A DNA stretch of 34,196 nt. Source: an uncultured Candidatus Saccharibacteria bacterium. GTDB taxonomy: Bacteria; Patescibacteriota; Minisyncoccia; Phycocordibacterales; UBA10002. Within the stretch, counting starts at the first letter, position 1; each line of letters begins with the position of its first letter. The translations under genes were made by a program, and so were the position numbers. Below the pieces are notes generated by a model. The model did not search any database. It was not told where the DNA came from and saw nothing but the letters and a program-made list of their open reading frames with translations. Where the stretch lies: contig CAZOIN010000074.1 in assembly GCA_964579985.1 (NCBI GenBank), positions 1 through 34,196 of the forward strand. The letters run 5' to 3'. Below are positions 1 through 6,928 of the stretch, piece after piece.

Positions 1-504
1 CGCGCGGGACTCCGAAAAAGCGGCCGCTCCCGATGCCACGGGAATACCCTCTTCGCTGAATCGTTTGCGCATCAAGGGTTTGTTGTCCATCCAGTAGAGC
101 GACTGTGCCTCGGGTCCTACCGGACGGGGAAGACCGTCGAAGCATATAGTTTTGCCGCGGTGCTTCGCGATAAAAAGGTCTTTGATGGGTCCACAACGGA
201 ACATGACCATGTCAATACTGCGGGTCTTCGCTTCACCCCAAAAACAGCGCGTCCGGTCGCTGTCGTCCTTTGAGATTTCGGTAGAGAGCCTTCCGAGGCG
301 AAGCCTTGCGAGCGTGCGGAGCACCCTTGGAGCGACGATGTCGAACCATGAAAACGATCGGGGCGGGAGTATCACGCGCGTGAGATAATCAAACGGCTTC
401 AGCGCCGGCTTGATGAGAAGGCTCATGTACGCGGAAGTTCGCATCACGAAATGATTGACTTGCGCGGGTTCGCAATCGGGGCAGGGCTTTTGACCTAAAA
501 GCAT
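1..504 (-). CDS. hypothetical protein, N-terminal 168 codons only (3' end leaves the window)
   Basis: The minus-strand frame is open from ATG 504..502 to base 1. It is absent from the ORF track because it runs off the edge. Translation: MLLGQKPCPDCEPAQVNHFVMRTSAYMSLLIKPALKPFDY...MDNKPLMRKRFSEEGIPVASGAAAFSESRA. A stop (tag) lies directly upstream in frame. Alternative ATGs are at 444 and 426. A TATACT box (512..517, minus) lies 7 nt upstream. No family recognised. Confidence 0.5.
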   Translation of the reverse strand, partial: MLLGQKPCPDCEPAQVNHFVMRTSAYMSLLIKPALKPFDYLTRVILPPRSFSWFDIVAPRVLRTLARLRLGRLSTEISKDDSDRTRCFWGEAKTRSIDMVMFRCGPIKDLFIAKHRGKTICFDGLPRPVGPEAQSLYWMDNKPLMRKRFSEEGIPVASGAAAFSESRA

Positions 505-632
505 ACGGGGCAGTATACCAATTTTCTAAGCCGCTCGCATTGAGCAGCTGCACACATCGCGACATGTCCACTAGTGCTACATCAAAAATATAGCTTTTAT
601 ATACAGCCGTGGTAAAAGCTGTATTGGTTTTG

Positions 633-1310
633 TTAGTGTATGAGAAACCAAATGAGCAAAAGGACGAGCAGATGCACTGGATAAAATCCGTAAAGAAATA
701 GACGGGGGAGTTGTCGCCCGCGCTCCCCGTTGTAGAGCATAAGAAATGGCGCGGAAAGTGTGGCGTATATTTGTATGGAAAGAAACCCCGAGAGAAATTC
801 TACAGTCGTGCGGAGTAAAGGCAAGCCAAGGAGAACCAAAAAACCTATGGCGCGGAAGCGCAGGAAAAGCGAGCTTGCAAGCACGGTGAGTATGCCATAG
901 ATGCCATAATCAAAGGAAGCAAACTCCGCCACGATAGAGAGAAGAACAATGCTTGGGATAGAGTAGGCAACCGGCAATCTCTTAAAAACCATGAGCGCGA
1001 GAAGTCCCGCGGAGAGAGTGAAGAAGATATTAAGTCGAATAGACGACAGTCCTGATGCCTGCATAAAGAGACTGTAAGGAACCTGCGAAATTGCGGCGAA
1101 AGCAAGCAACCTAAACAAATACCTTCGAACATTACTCGTTTTTTCGAATCCTTCGGCGATAAGAAAGGCAAAGATGGGGAAGGAAATCCGGCCGACAACC
1201 CTAAAAAGCAAATGTTCCGGGAAGAACAGCATACCCACATGGTCTATCAGCATCGTCAGAACAGCGATGAGTTTAAGACTCGTGGACGAAAGAAAAAGAT
1301 GTTTTTTCAC
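633..1310 (-). CDS. TraX family membrane protein
   Basis: Motifs SLKLIAVLTMLIDHVG, GRISFPIFAFLIAEGFEKTSN and YLFRLLAFAAISQVPY fit the TraX family, and the rest is polytopic and hydrophobic. The track ORF (633..1400) reads through the tRNA-Leu gene. I therefore place the start at GTG 1310, the first start codon downstream of the tRNA. Confidence 0.8.
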   Translation of the reverse strand: MKKHLFLSSTSLKLIAVLTMLIDHVGMLFFPEHLLFRVVGRISFPIFAFLIAEGFEKTSNVRRYLFRLLAFAAISQVPYSLFMQASGLSSIRLNIFFTLSAGLLALMVFKRLPVAYSIPSIVLLSIVAEFASFDYGIYGILTVLASSLFLRFRAIGFLVLLGLPLLRTTVEFLSGFLSIQIYATLSAPFLMLYNGERGRQLPRLFLYGFYPVHLLVLLLIWFLIH

Positions 1311-1314
1311 ATTA

Positions 1315-1396
1315 TGCCCGGGGTGGGGGTCGAACCCACACCTCTTTCGAGACACGATTTTAAGTCGTGCGCGTATACCAGTTCCGCCACCCGGGC
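1315..1396 (-). tRNA. tRNA-Leu (anticodon TAA)
   Basis: Hand fold of the minus strand. Acceptor GCCCGGG/CCCGGGC; anticodon stem CACGA/TCGTG with loop CTTAAAA (anticodon TAA). Long variable arm and T-loop GGGTTCGACCCCC. No encoded CCA. Confidence 0.9.
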
Positions 1397-1482
1397 ACAC
1401 TGGAAAATTAGAGGCCGGAAGCTAGAGTGCCAGAAGATCTTTCCAGACTCTGTGTTTCCGGTTACCCGGTCTTTCCAGAGTA

Positions 1483-1554
1483 AGGCCACGGGGAGAATCG
1501 AACTCCCGCATAAGAGTTTTGCAGACTCTCGACTTACCACTTGTCTACGTGGCC
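1483..1554 (-). tRNA. tRNA-Cys (anticodon GCA)
   Basis: Hand fold. Acceptor GGCCACG/CGTGGCC; anticodon stem AGAGT/ACTCT with loop CTGCAAA. T arm GGGAG-TTCGATT-CTCCC; discriminator T. Confidence 0.9.
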
Positions 1555-1691
1555 ATCTATCCGTCTTAAGACGGATCGGGCGATCATTCGCACTGCGAAT
1601 GAGTTAGCCGCTACACAAATACAATACCGCACCAGCGGCTATTTTCCAATTCGTGTGTGCGCTTTCGCAGTACGCCATTTGCATACTTTCT

Positions 1692-2015
1692 CTAGGAGTT
1701 TGAAAGCTCGTCAATTTTCTGCCGGTTCTTTTCGCCAATATCGAGCGCAAAGGAAATGTACGGGAGACGCTGAAAGGAAATACGCTTTGATATAAAATCG
1801 CGCAACGCCCCGCCGGTTCGGCTCACGAATTCAAGAGCCTCTTTTTCCTTGCTATCGGGAAAGACGCTCACAAGAATGGTTGCTCGGTCTCCCTTGGGCG
1901 TGAGGTGCACATTCGTGACCGTGATAAGTGAGGTTCGATTTGACTCTATCGCCATAAATTCTGCCGCCGCATGTCGTATGGCTTCTCGCATTTTTTCAGA
2001 CTTGGTCGCTTTCAT
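1692..2015 (-). CDS. rbfA: ribosome-binding factor A
   Basis: 107 aa with an RbfA-like core (LITVTNVHLTPKGDRATILVSV...ALDIGEKN). The start overlaps the infB stop by 4 nt, in the conserved infB-rbfA order. Confidence 0.88.
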   Translation of the reverse strand: MKATKSEKMREAIRHAAAEFMAIESNRTSLITVTNVHLTPKGDRATILVSVFPDSKEKEALEFVSRTGGALRDFISKRISFQRLPYISFALDIGEKNRQKIDELSNS

Positions 2016-3541
2016 GCTATTGCTCTATTACTCGTCACCGCCTCGATCTGGTCGTTTGGCATGATCTCGATGCTCGTCGAGACGAACGCGCCAAACTCGC
2101 TGCCCGCCGGAACTGTGGGAACCTTTTCCTTTAATCGCTGCAATTCGCGAACCTTCCCTTTTCCTATGGGAGCGCTTCGGCGCAGGATGTTGAACTCATC
2201 TCCTGCCGCAAGCTCTCCTTCGAGCACTTTGCCTCCGATGACCTGCCGGTCTTTTTCGGTCGTGAATATCCTTAAGGCTCGTGCGGTAGCCTTCACGGTC
2301 ACGACCGTTACTTTGGGTGTACGCGTTTTCACGAGCTCGGCGACCCATTCGCCTAATTTGTAAATAACATCGAAAGTCTGCACCGTGATACCGCCGCGCA
2401 GGATGATACTCTTCGCGGGCGGATCTACACTGACGTTGAATCCGACGATAGCCGGCTCTCCACTTCCTTGAGCGCTCTTGAGGTCACTTTCGCTGATCGA
2501 GCCGATGCCGCGCGAGACGATCTTGATCACTACCTTTTCGGTGGCCTGTTTTTGTATCTCGGCTTCGATTGCTTCAAGACTCCCTCCGGTATCCGCTTTG
2601 ATGACGAGAGGAAGGAGAGCCTTTTCTACAAGGAGCGTGGTAGCGGTATTATTCGGTCGCTTTTTCTTCTTTCCTTCTTCAGCCAGAATGAATTCTTCAG
2701 CCTCCTGCTTGTTCTTGACGACATGGCACTGTGCTCCCACGCGTGGAACAGAGCTCCAACCGATGATGACAACCGGCATACCCGGCTCTCCTTTTTCTAA
2801 GGAGACACCTTGAAAGTTTTCAAGACGGCGCGTCTTGGTGAATGCATCCTCCGCAACGAGAAAGTCGCCTTTTTCCAAAATCCCTTCCTTTATGAGAAGC
2901 GTGGCAAAGATCCCCCTTTTTTTGTCAATGTTCGATTCGATCACATACGCGCGTGTCTTAGCACCTAATGTTGCATGCACGTCATGCAGTTCCGCGACGA
3001 GGAGGATAAGGTCGAGAAGGTCGTCCACGCCCTCGCCAGTCTTGCTCGAGATAGCGGCAAAGGGAATATCGCCGCCGTAACCCTCCACATAGATCTCATG
3101 CTCGGCGAGACTTTGCTTGGTACGCTCGATATTGGACTGTGGCTTGTCGATCTTCGTTATGGCAACGATATAGGGAATACCTGCTTTTTTGATTGAGTTA
3201 AGTGCTTCTACCGTTTGCGGCTTCACGCCTTCTTCGGCGGACACGATAAGAATGCCGATATCGGCCACGCTCGCCCCGCGGCTACGGATTCCTTTGAATG
3301 CTTCATGTCCAGGCGTATCAAGAAAAGTGATCTTGTGCGTCTTGCCATCTTTGGTTGTGTGCACGACCTCGTAGGCGCCGAGATGCTGTGTGATGCCTCC
3401 GGCTTCCTTTTCCACCACGTTCGTTTTTCGAATATAATCAAGTAGTGTTGATTTGCCGTGGTCGATATGACCCATCACCGCGACCACCGGGGGTCGCGGT
3501 GTAGTGGTTCCTTTTTTAGTTGTCGGGATATTAGTTGTCAT
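2012..3541 (-). CDS. infB: translation initiation factor IF-2 (short form)
   Basis: GTPase motifs [24 protein letters not shown] and AITKIDK, followed by the IF-2 C-terminal domains. The track ORF extends to 3613, but those 24 extra codons read through the heptamer repeat. ATG 3541 ([11 protein letters not shown]...) is more plausible. Confidence 0.9.
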   Translation of the reverse strand: MTTNIPTTKKGTTTPRPPVVAVMGHIDHGKSTLLDYIRKTNVVEKEAGGITQHLGAYEVVHTTKDGKTHKITFLDTPGHEAFKGIRSRGASVADIGILIVSAEEGVKPQTVEALNSIKKAGIPYIVAITKIDKPQSNIERTKQSLAEHEIYVEGYGGDIPFAAISSKTGEGVDDLLDLILLVAELHDVHATLGAKTRAYVIESNIDKKRGIFATLLIKEGILEKGDFLVAEDAFTKTRRLENFQGVSLEKGEPGMPVVIIGWSSVPRVGAQCHVVKNKQEAEEFILAEEGKKKKRPNNTATTLLVEKALLPLVIKADTGGSLEAIEAEIQKQATEKVVIKIVSRGIGSISESDLKSAQGSGEPAIVGFNVSVDPPAKSIILRGGITVQTFDVIYKLGEWVAELVKTRTPKVTVVTVKATARALRIFTTEKDRQVIGGKVLEGELAAGDEFNILRRSAPIGKGKVRELQRLKEKVPTVPAGSEFGAFVSTSIEIMPNDQIEAVTSNRAIA

Positions 3542-3563
3542 AGTTGATTCTGTCGGGTCATCG

Positions 3564-3695
3564 CGGAAATTCGAAATCCGAATATCGAAATCCCAAACAA
3601 TATTCAAATTCAAAGCACTAAATCCGAGGCGTGCTTGATTTTAAACATTCGAATTTAGAATTTGTTTCGGATTTCGGATTTCGTGTTTCGGATTT
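3564..3695. repeat. about 130-bp imperfect dyad built from tandem heptamers (TCGAAAT-like on the left, TTTCGGA x4 on the right)
   Basis: Left arm heptads span 3564..3598; right arm heptads span 3665..3692. Bases 3586..3600 (cgaaatcccaaacaa) pair 14/15 with 3663..3677 (ttgtttcggatttcg). An inner hairpin aagcac/gtgctt lies at about 3613..3636. The DUF4446 stop codon (3694..3696) sits in the right arm. Confidence 0.8.
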
Positions 3696-4164
3696 ATGAG
3701 CGCAATTTTTTTTGCGCGAGCTTGATTGCTTCCTTCTCCTCGCCCGTGAGCTCGTATTCCGATTTTCCGTTCGTAAGCGGTTTTGCGTAAATACCTACTC
3801 GCTCGCGCGTGTAGAGTGTCGAAAGCACGACCCCGTTTTCCTTTCCATCGAGAAGTGCGGTAGCGAAGCTGATGTTGCCGCCGTCTCCCGTGCCTTTGAA
3901 CGGATTGAAACGCACCGTTTCCACCGCGCGGACACTCTGGTCAAGACGCTTTTCAACCGTTTCAAGATAAGTTTCAATCTCCTTGCGGAATTCTTTGAAT
4001 TTTTCAAGATCAGTCGCATTCTTCAAGATGACGTCTTCTAGGCTCTGCCCGCTCTTGCCGCGAAGGAGCCGATGCACGCGCCACTCCGTATGTATTCCCA
4101 AAAGCACGGCAATTACCATGAGACTGGCAAACACAATAAGGAGAATGTCGGTTGGAAGCACCAT
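3694..4164 (-). CDS. DUF4446 family protein (N-terminal TM helix)
   Basis: An N-terminal hydrophobic helix, a coiled-coil-like middle, and the C-terminal signature RFNPFKGTGDGGNISFATALLDGKENGVVLSTLYTRERVGIYAKPL..SEYELTGEEKEAI. I recognise this signature as DUF4446. Confidence 0.8.
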   Translation of the reverse strand: MVLPTDILLIVFASLMVIAVLLGIHTEWRVHRLLRGKSGQSLEDVILKNATDLEKFKEFRKEIETYLETVEKRLDQSVRAVETVRFNPFKGTGDGGNISFATALLDGKENGVVLSTLYTRERVGIYAKPLTNGKSEYELTGEEKEAIKLAQKKLRS

Positions 4165-4253
4165 AGCAGGGGAGTATACGTCAAAACCCCCCTTTTTTCC
4201 AGTAAAATAAAAGAGCCTGGAACTTCCAGACTCCGACTTTTTCGGCCACTCGT

Positions 4254-4529
4254 TCAGTTTTTCTCTTGGGAGAGGGGTTCCTCGATAACTGCCAACATTT
4301 CCTCCGCCGCAATTTTCTTTGCGTAGTCAATGATTTGCGGCCCTCTGCCGAGCAAACGAAGCGCACATGGTTCGACCATGTTGACTGCAAACAGGAAGAG
4401 CGGAAGTATCTCCGCCAAGCGTTCTTGCACCTTTGTTCTAACTGAAGTAGGTACGTTGCTCTCACTAAACAGAAGCGGCATTTCCCAAACTAGGGTTCCC
4501 ATCGTTTCTGACTCGATTTTAATTTTCAT
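4254..4529 (-). CDS. hypothetical small protein (91 aa)
   Basis: Best-looking frame in this interval, with a balanced acidic/hydrophobic composition. The competing frames are R/S/W-rich. A hairpin plus T-run lies downstream on the minus strand near 4215..4233. No family recognised. Confidence 0.45.
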   Translation of the reverse strand: MKIKIESETMGTLVWEMPLLFSESNVPTSVRTKVQERLAEILPLFLFAVNMVEPCALRLLGRGPQIIDYAKKIAAEEMLAVIEEPLSQEKN

Positions 4530-4601
4530 AAGTTCCAGACGGTGAAGGCAGAATTGTTAGGTTGCGGATGTCTGGACAAATGGTATCATTTATACTCATC
4601 T

Positions 4602-5846
4602 ATGTCAAGAAAGCGAATTTATCTAGATTGCGCCGCGACGACCCCGCTCGACCCGCGGGTGGGGAAAGCGATGCAGCCGTTTTTTGGAAGTCCACCATCC
4701 GCCAGCTGGCGGAGCGGATTCGGCAACCCGAGCTCGATTCACGCGGAAGGGGTCGCGGCGAAAAAAACGCTTGATGCCGCGCGTACCTCTGTCGCACGGG
4801 CGCTTGAAGCTCATGCAGGTGAGATCGTGTTTACGAGCGGTGGCACCGAGGCGAACAATTTAGCGATATTCGGGTTGATTGCTGCCGCCACCAACCACCA
4901 ACCACCAACCACCAACAATCGAAAACCTCCCCATGTCGTGACGACCAATATTGAGCATGCGTCGGTGCTTGAACCGCTCAAAGCATTGGAGCGGCAGAAC
5001 AAGATCGAGGTGACGTACGTGCCGGTTGAGCAAAACGGAATCGTGAAGCCCGAAAAAATAGTTACTGCTATCCGTCCAAACACGGTTTTGGTTTCTGTTA
5101 TGTACGCGAACAATGAGATTGGGACAATTCAACCCATTCGCAAGATTGGACAGTTGCTTGGGGAGAATTCACTAAACGCTAAACGCTATCCGCTGGCTGG
5201 AGGACTAAACGCTATGAAAAATCGGCTTCCTGTTTTCCACTCCGATGCCTGCCAAGCCCCCCTCTATTTAAATTGTCTCGTGAATGCGCTCGGAGTCGAT
5301 CTTTTCTCGCTTGACGCGCACAAGATCTACGGGCCGAAAGGAGTCGGCGCGCTGTATGTACGAAGAGGTACGCCGCTTTCGCCGGTGCTCATCGGGGGAG
5401 GTCAAGAACAGGGCTTGCGCTCCACCACTGAAAACGTAGCAGGCATCGTCGGTTTTGCCGAAGCGCTTCGAATTGCGGGCGCAGAACGGGAAAAAGAATC
5501 AATTCGCGTGACCAAACTCCGCGACTACCTCTATTCCACCATTCGCGCGAATAATGGAATAGACGGTGTCATTATAAATGGTGATGTGAAGGAACGGCTG
5601 CCGAACAATCTGAATATCTCGCTTCCGGGAGTTGATACCGAATTCCTGACGCTCAAGCTTGATGCCGAAGGGGTCGCGGTTTCGACGAAAAGTTCATGCT
5701 TGAAGGATGAAAAAGTTTCGTATGTAGTTGCGGCGCTGGGGGGCGGGAACAAACGGCCTGAATCAACACTTCGGTTCACACTTGGCAGAGGAACCACGAA
5801 AAAAGACATAGATATTGCTGCGAATATCCTGAAAAAACTCCTCTAG
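4602..5846 (+). CDS. cysteine desulfurase (class V aminotransferase, NifS/IscS-like)
   Basis: Motifs IYLDCAATTPLDPRV, GGTEANNLA, the PLP-lysine motif SLDAHKIYGPKGVGALY, and the active-site Cys loop STKSSC. Start taken at ATG 4602 (MSRKRIYLD...), 5 nt after TATACT 4591..4596. The track ORF begins at 4542. Confidence 0.88.
   Translation: MSRKRIYLDCAATTPLDPRVGKAMQPFFGSPPSASWRSGFGNPSSIHAEGVAAKKTLDAARTSVARALEAHAGEIVFTSGGTEANNLAIFGLIAAATNHQPPTTNNRKPPHVVTTNIEHASVLEPLKALERQNKIEVTYVPVEQNGIVKPEKIVTAIRPNTVLVSVMYANNEIGTIQPIRKIGQLLGENSLNAKRYPLAGGLNAMKNRLPVFHSDACQAPLYLNCLVNALGVDLFSLDAHKIYGPKGVGALYVRRGTPLSPVLIGGGQEQGLRSTTENVAGIVGFAEALRIAGAEREKESIRVTKLRDYLYSTIRANNGIDGVIINGDVKERLPNNLNISLPGVDTEFLTLKLDAEGVAVSTKSSCLKDEKVSYVVAALGGGNKRPESTLRFTLGRGTTKKDIDIAANILKKLL
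4698..4713. repeat. 16-bp perfect palindrome TCCGCCAGCTGGCGGA (copy 1, inside the cysteine desulfurase gene)
   Basis: Self-complementary over 16 bp. The 17-mer ATCCGCCAGCTGGCGGA is identical to 17874..17890. Confidence 0.9.
4888..4915 (+). repeat. tandem heptamer CCACCAA x4 inside a coding sequence
   Basis: Four exact consecutive copies, translated as part of ATNHQPPTTNN. Confidence 0.95.
5172..5215 (+). repeat. CTAAACGCT word cluster flanking a degenerate copy of the palindrome, in frame in the cysteine desulfurase gene
   Basis: CTAAACGCT occurs at 5172, 5179 and 5205. The 11-mer CTAAACGCTAT (5179..5189 and 5205..5215) brackets ccgctggctggagga. The stretch 5187..5205 matches the palindrome region at 17873..17891 in 16 of 19 positions. 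Confidence 0.85.
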
Positions 5847-5892
5847 CTTCTTATCTTGTAATATTGGGGTAAGGCAGTATAGTTTAGGAGCT

Positions 5893-6792
5893 GTGGAATC
5901 TCTTAACAAACAACAACTCATCCTTCTCGCCCTCCTCGTCTCATTCGTGACCTCTATCGCTACCGGCATTGTCACCGTGTCACTCATGGATCAAGCACCT
6001 CCGGGAGTTACGCAGACGATCAATCGCGTGGTTGAGAAGACGATTGAGCGCATCGTGACCGAGCCTGCAAATCAGGCAGCGGGGGTTGTAACCAAAGAAA
6101 CAGTCGTTGTAAAAGCCGATGACCTCGTCATTGAGGCTATCGAAAAAAATGTAGGAAACGTGGTCCGTATCCGCGAAGTAACTGGAGAGGGACATTCGAG
6201 CTTCGCGGGTCTGGGGCTCGTGATTTCACAGAACGGTCTCCTTGCGGCTGATCTTAGCGTCGCGTATCGAAAGGTCGACGATTTAGGTAACGCGATCGCC
6301 GAAAGTTATCAGGGAGTATTTTCGGACGGACGTGTCTTTCCTTTGAACCTCGTCTTTTCGGATCAAGGCGCCGGGCTGATCTTTTTCCAGGTCCTGCTTC
6401 AGGATAAAGAGAAGGGTGTGTATCGCTTCCTGACTCCTCGGTTTGGCCAAAGCGAGCTTAAGCTCGGTCAGGCGGTGGTGGCGCTTAGCGGCGACGATAC
6501 CAACTCGGTATCAACCGGTATCATTTCCAATCTAGTCCAAAAGGCGATTCAAAAGCCCGCTGATGTCTCGACGACAACGCCGCAAGTAGGCAAGGAGCTG
6601 GTCGTGATACAGACGGATATCCATGCCACAGAGCTTGTGTCCGGCTCAATTCTACTCAACCTACAAGGTGAAGTTATTGGGCTAAACGCGAGATCGTTGA
6701 GCAGCAACCGGAACACGTTTTTGCCCATACAGAAGGTGCTCGAAGTCTCGACCAAAATCCCCGCTACAGCGTCAAACCAGACTTTTAATTAG
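5893..6792 (+). CDS. membrane-anchored trypsin-like (S1C/HtrA-like) protease homolog, probably inactive, no PDZ domain
   Basis: N-terminal TM helix LILLALLVSFVTSIATGIVTV. The HtrA-like blocks GLGLVISQNGLLAADLSV and VIQTDIHATELVSGSILLNLQGEVIGLNA are present, but the His and Asp positions are substituted. GTG start follows GGAG at 5887..5890. Confidence 0.7.
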   Translation: MESLNKQQLILLALLVSFVTSIATGIVTVSLMDQAPPGVTQTINRVVEKTIERIVTEPANQAAGVVTKETVVVKADDLVIEAIEKNVGNVVRIREVTGEGHSSFAGLGLVISQNGLLAADLSVAYRKVDDLGNAIAESYQGVFSDGRVFPLNLVFSDQGAGLIFFQVLLQDKEKGVYRFLTPRFGQSELKLGQAVVALSGDDTNSVSTGIISNLVQKAIQKPADVSTTTPQVGKELVVIQTDIHATELVSGSILLNLQGEVIGLNARSLSSNRNTFLPIQKVLEVSTKIPATASNQTFN

Positions 6793-6820
6793 CCGCCCGG
6801 ATAACGACAGCGAAACGGCT

Positions 6821-6848
6821 TTGCGTGAGAGATTTTTTGTGATATACT
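6821..6848 (+). promoter_or_regulatory. candidate sigma70-type promoter TTGCGT-16-TGaTATACT upstream of clpB
   Basis: -35 at 6821..6826; extended -10 TGATATACT at 6840..6848. Confidence 0.5.
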
Positions 6849-6898
6849 CAGGAATGAAACGTGCAAAACTAAAAACGTAACGTCGGACGAATTTTGCA

Positions 6899-6916
6899 TT
6901 TTTCACTTTTCACTTT
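6899..6916 (+). repeat. tandem TTTTCAC TTTTCAC TTTT directly upstream of the clpB start
   Basis: Two exact heptads plus a partial third, ending 12 nt before GTG 6929. Confidence 0.9.
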
Positions 6917-6928
6917 TAATTTAAATTT

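Noticed and set aside
389-571. 60-aa minus-strand ORF and 152..388 plus-strand ORF
   Set aside because: Both overlap the longer open minus-strand frame that runs from 504 off the window edge and has a -10 box at the right distance. Their sequences are R/S/A-rich and featureless.
3542-3613. 24-codon N-terminal extension of infB (MNLNIVWDFDIRISNFRDDPTEST)
   Set aside because: It is a translation of the heptamer repeat arm. IF-2 homology begins after ATG 3541.
6899-6916. CtsR, CIRCE or HAIR heat-shock operators upstream of clpB
   Set aside because: The sequence matches none of the consensus sites: no GGTCAAA-N3-GGTCAAA, no TTAGCACTC-N9-GAGTGCTAA and no CTTGAGT-N7-ACTCAAG. Only the generic direct-repeat idea survives, as a low-confidence finding.
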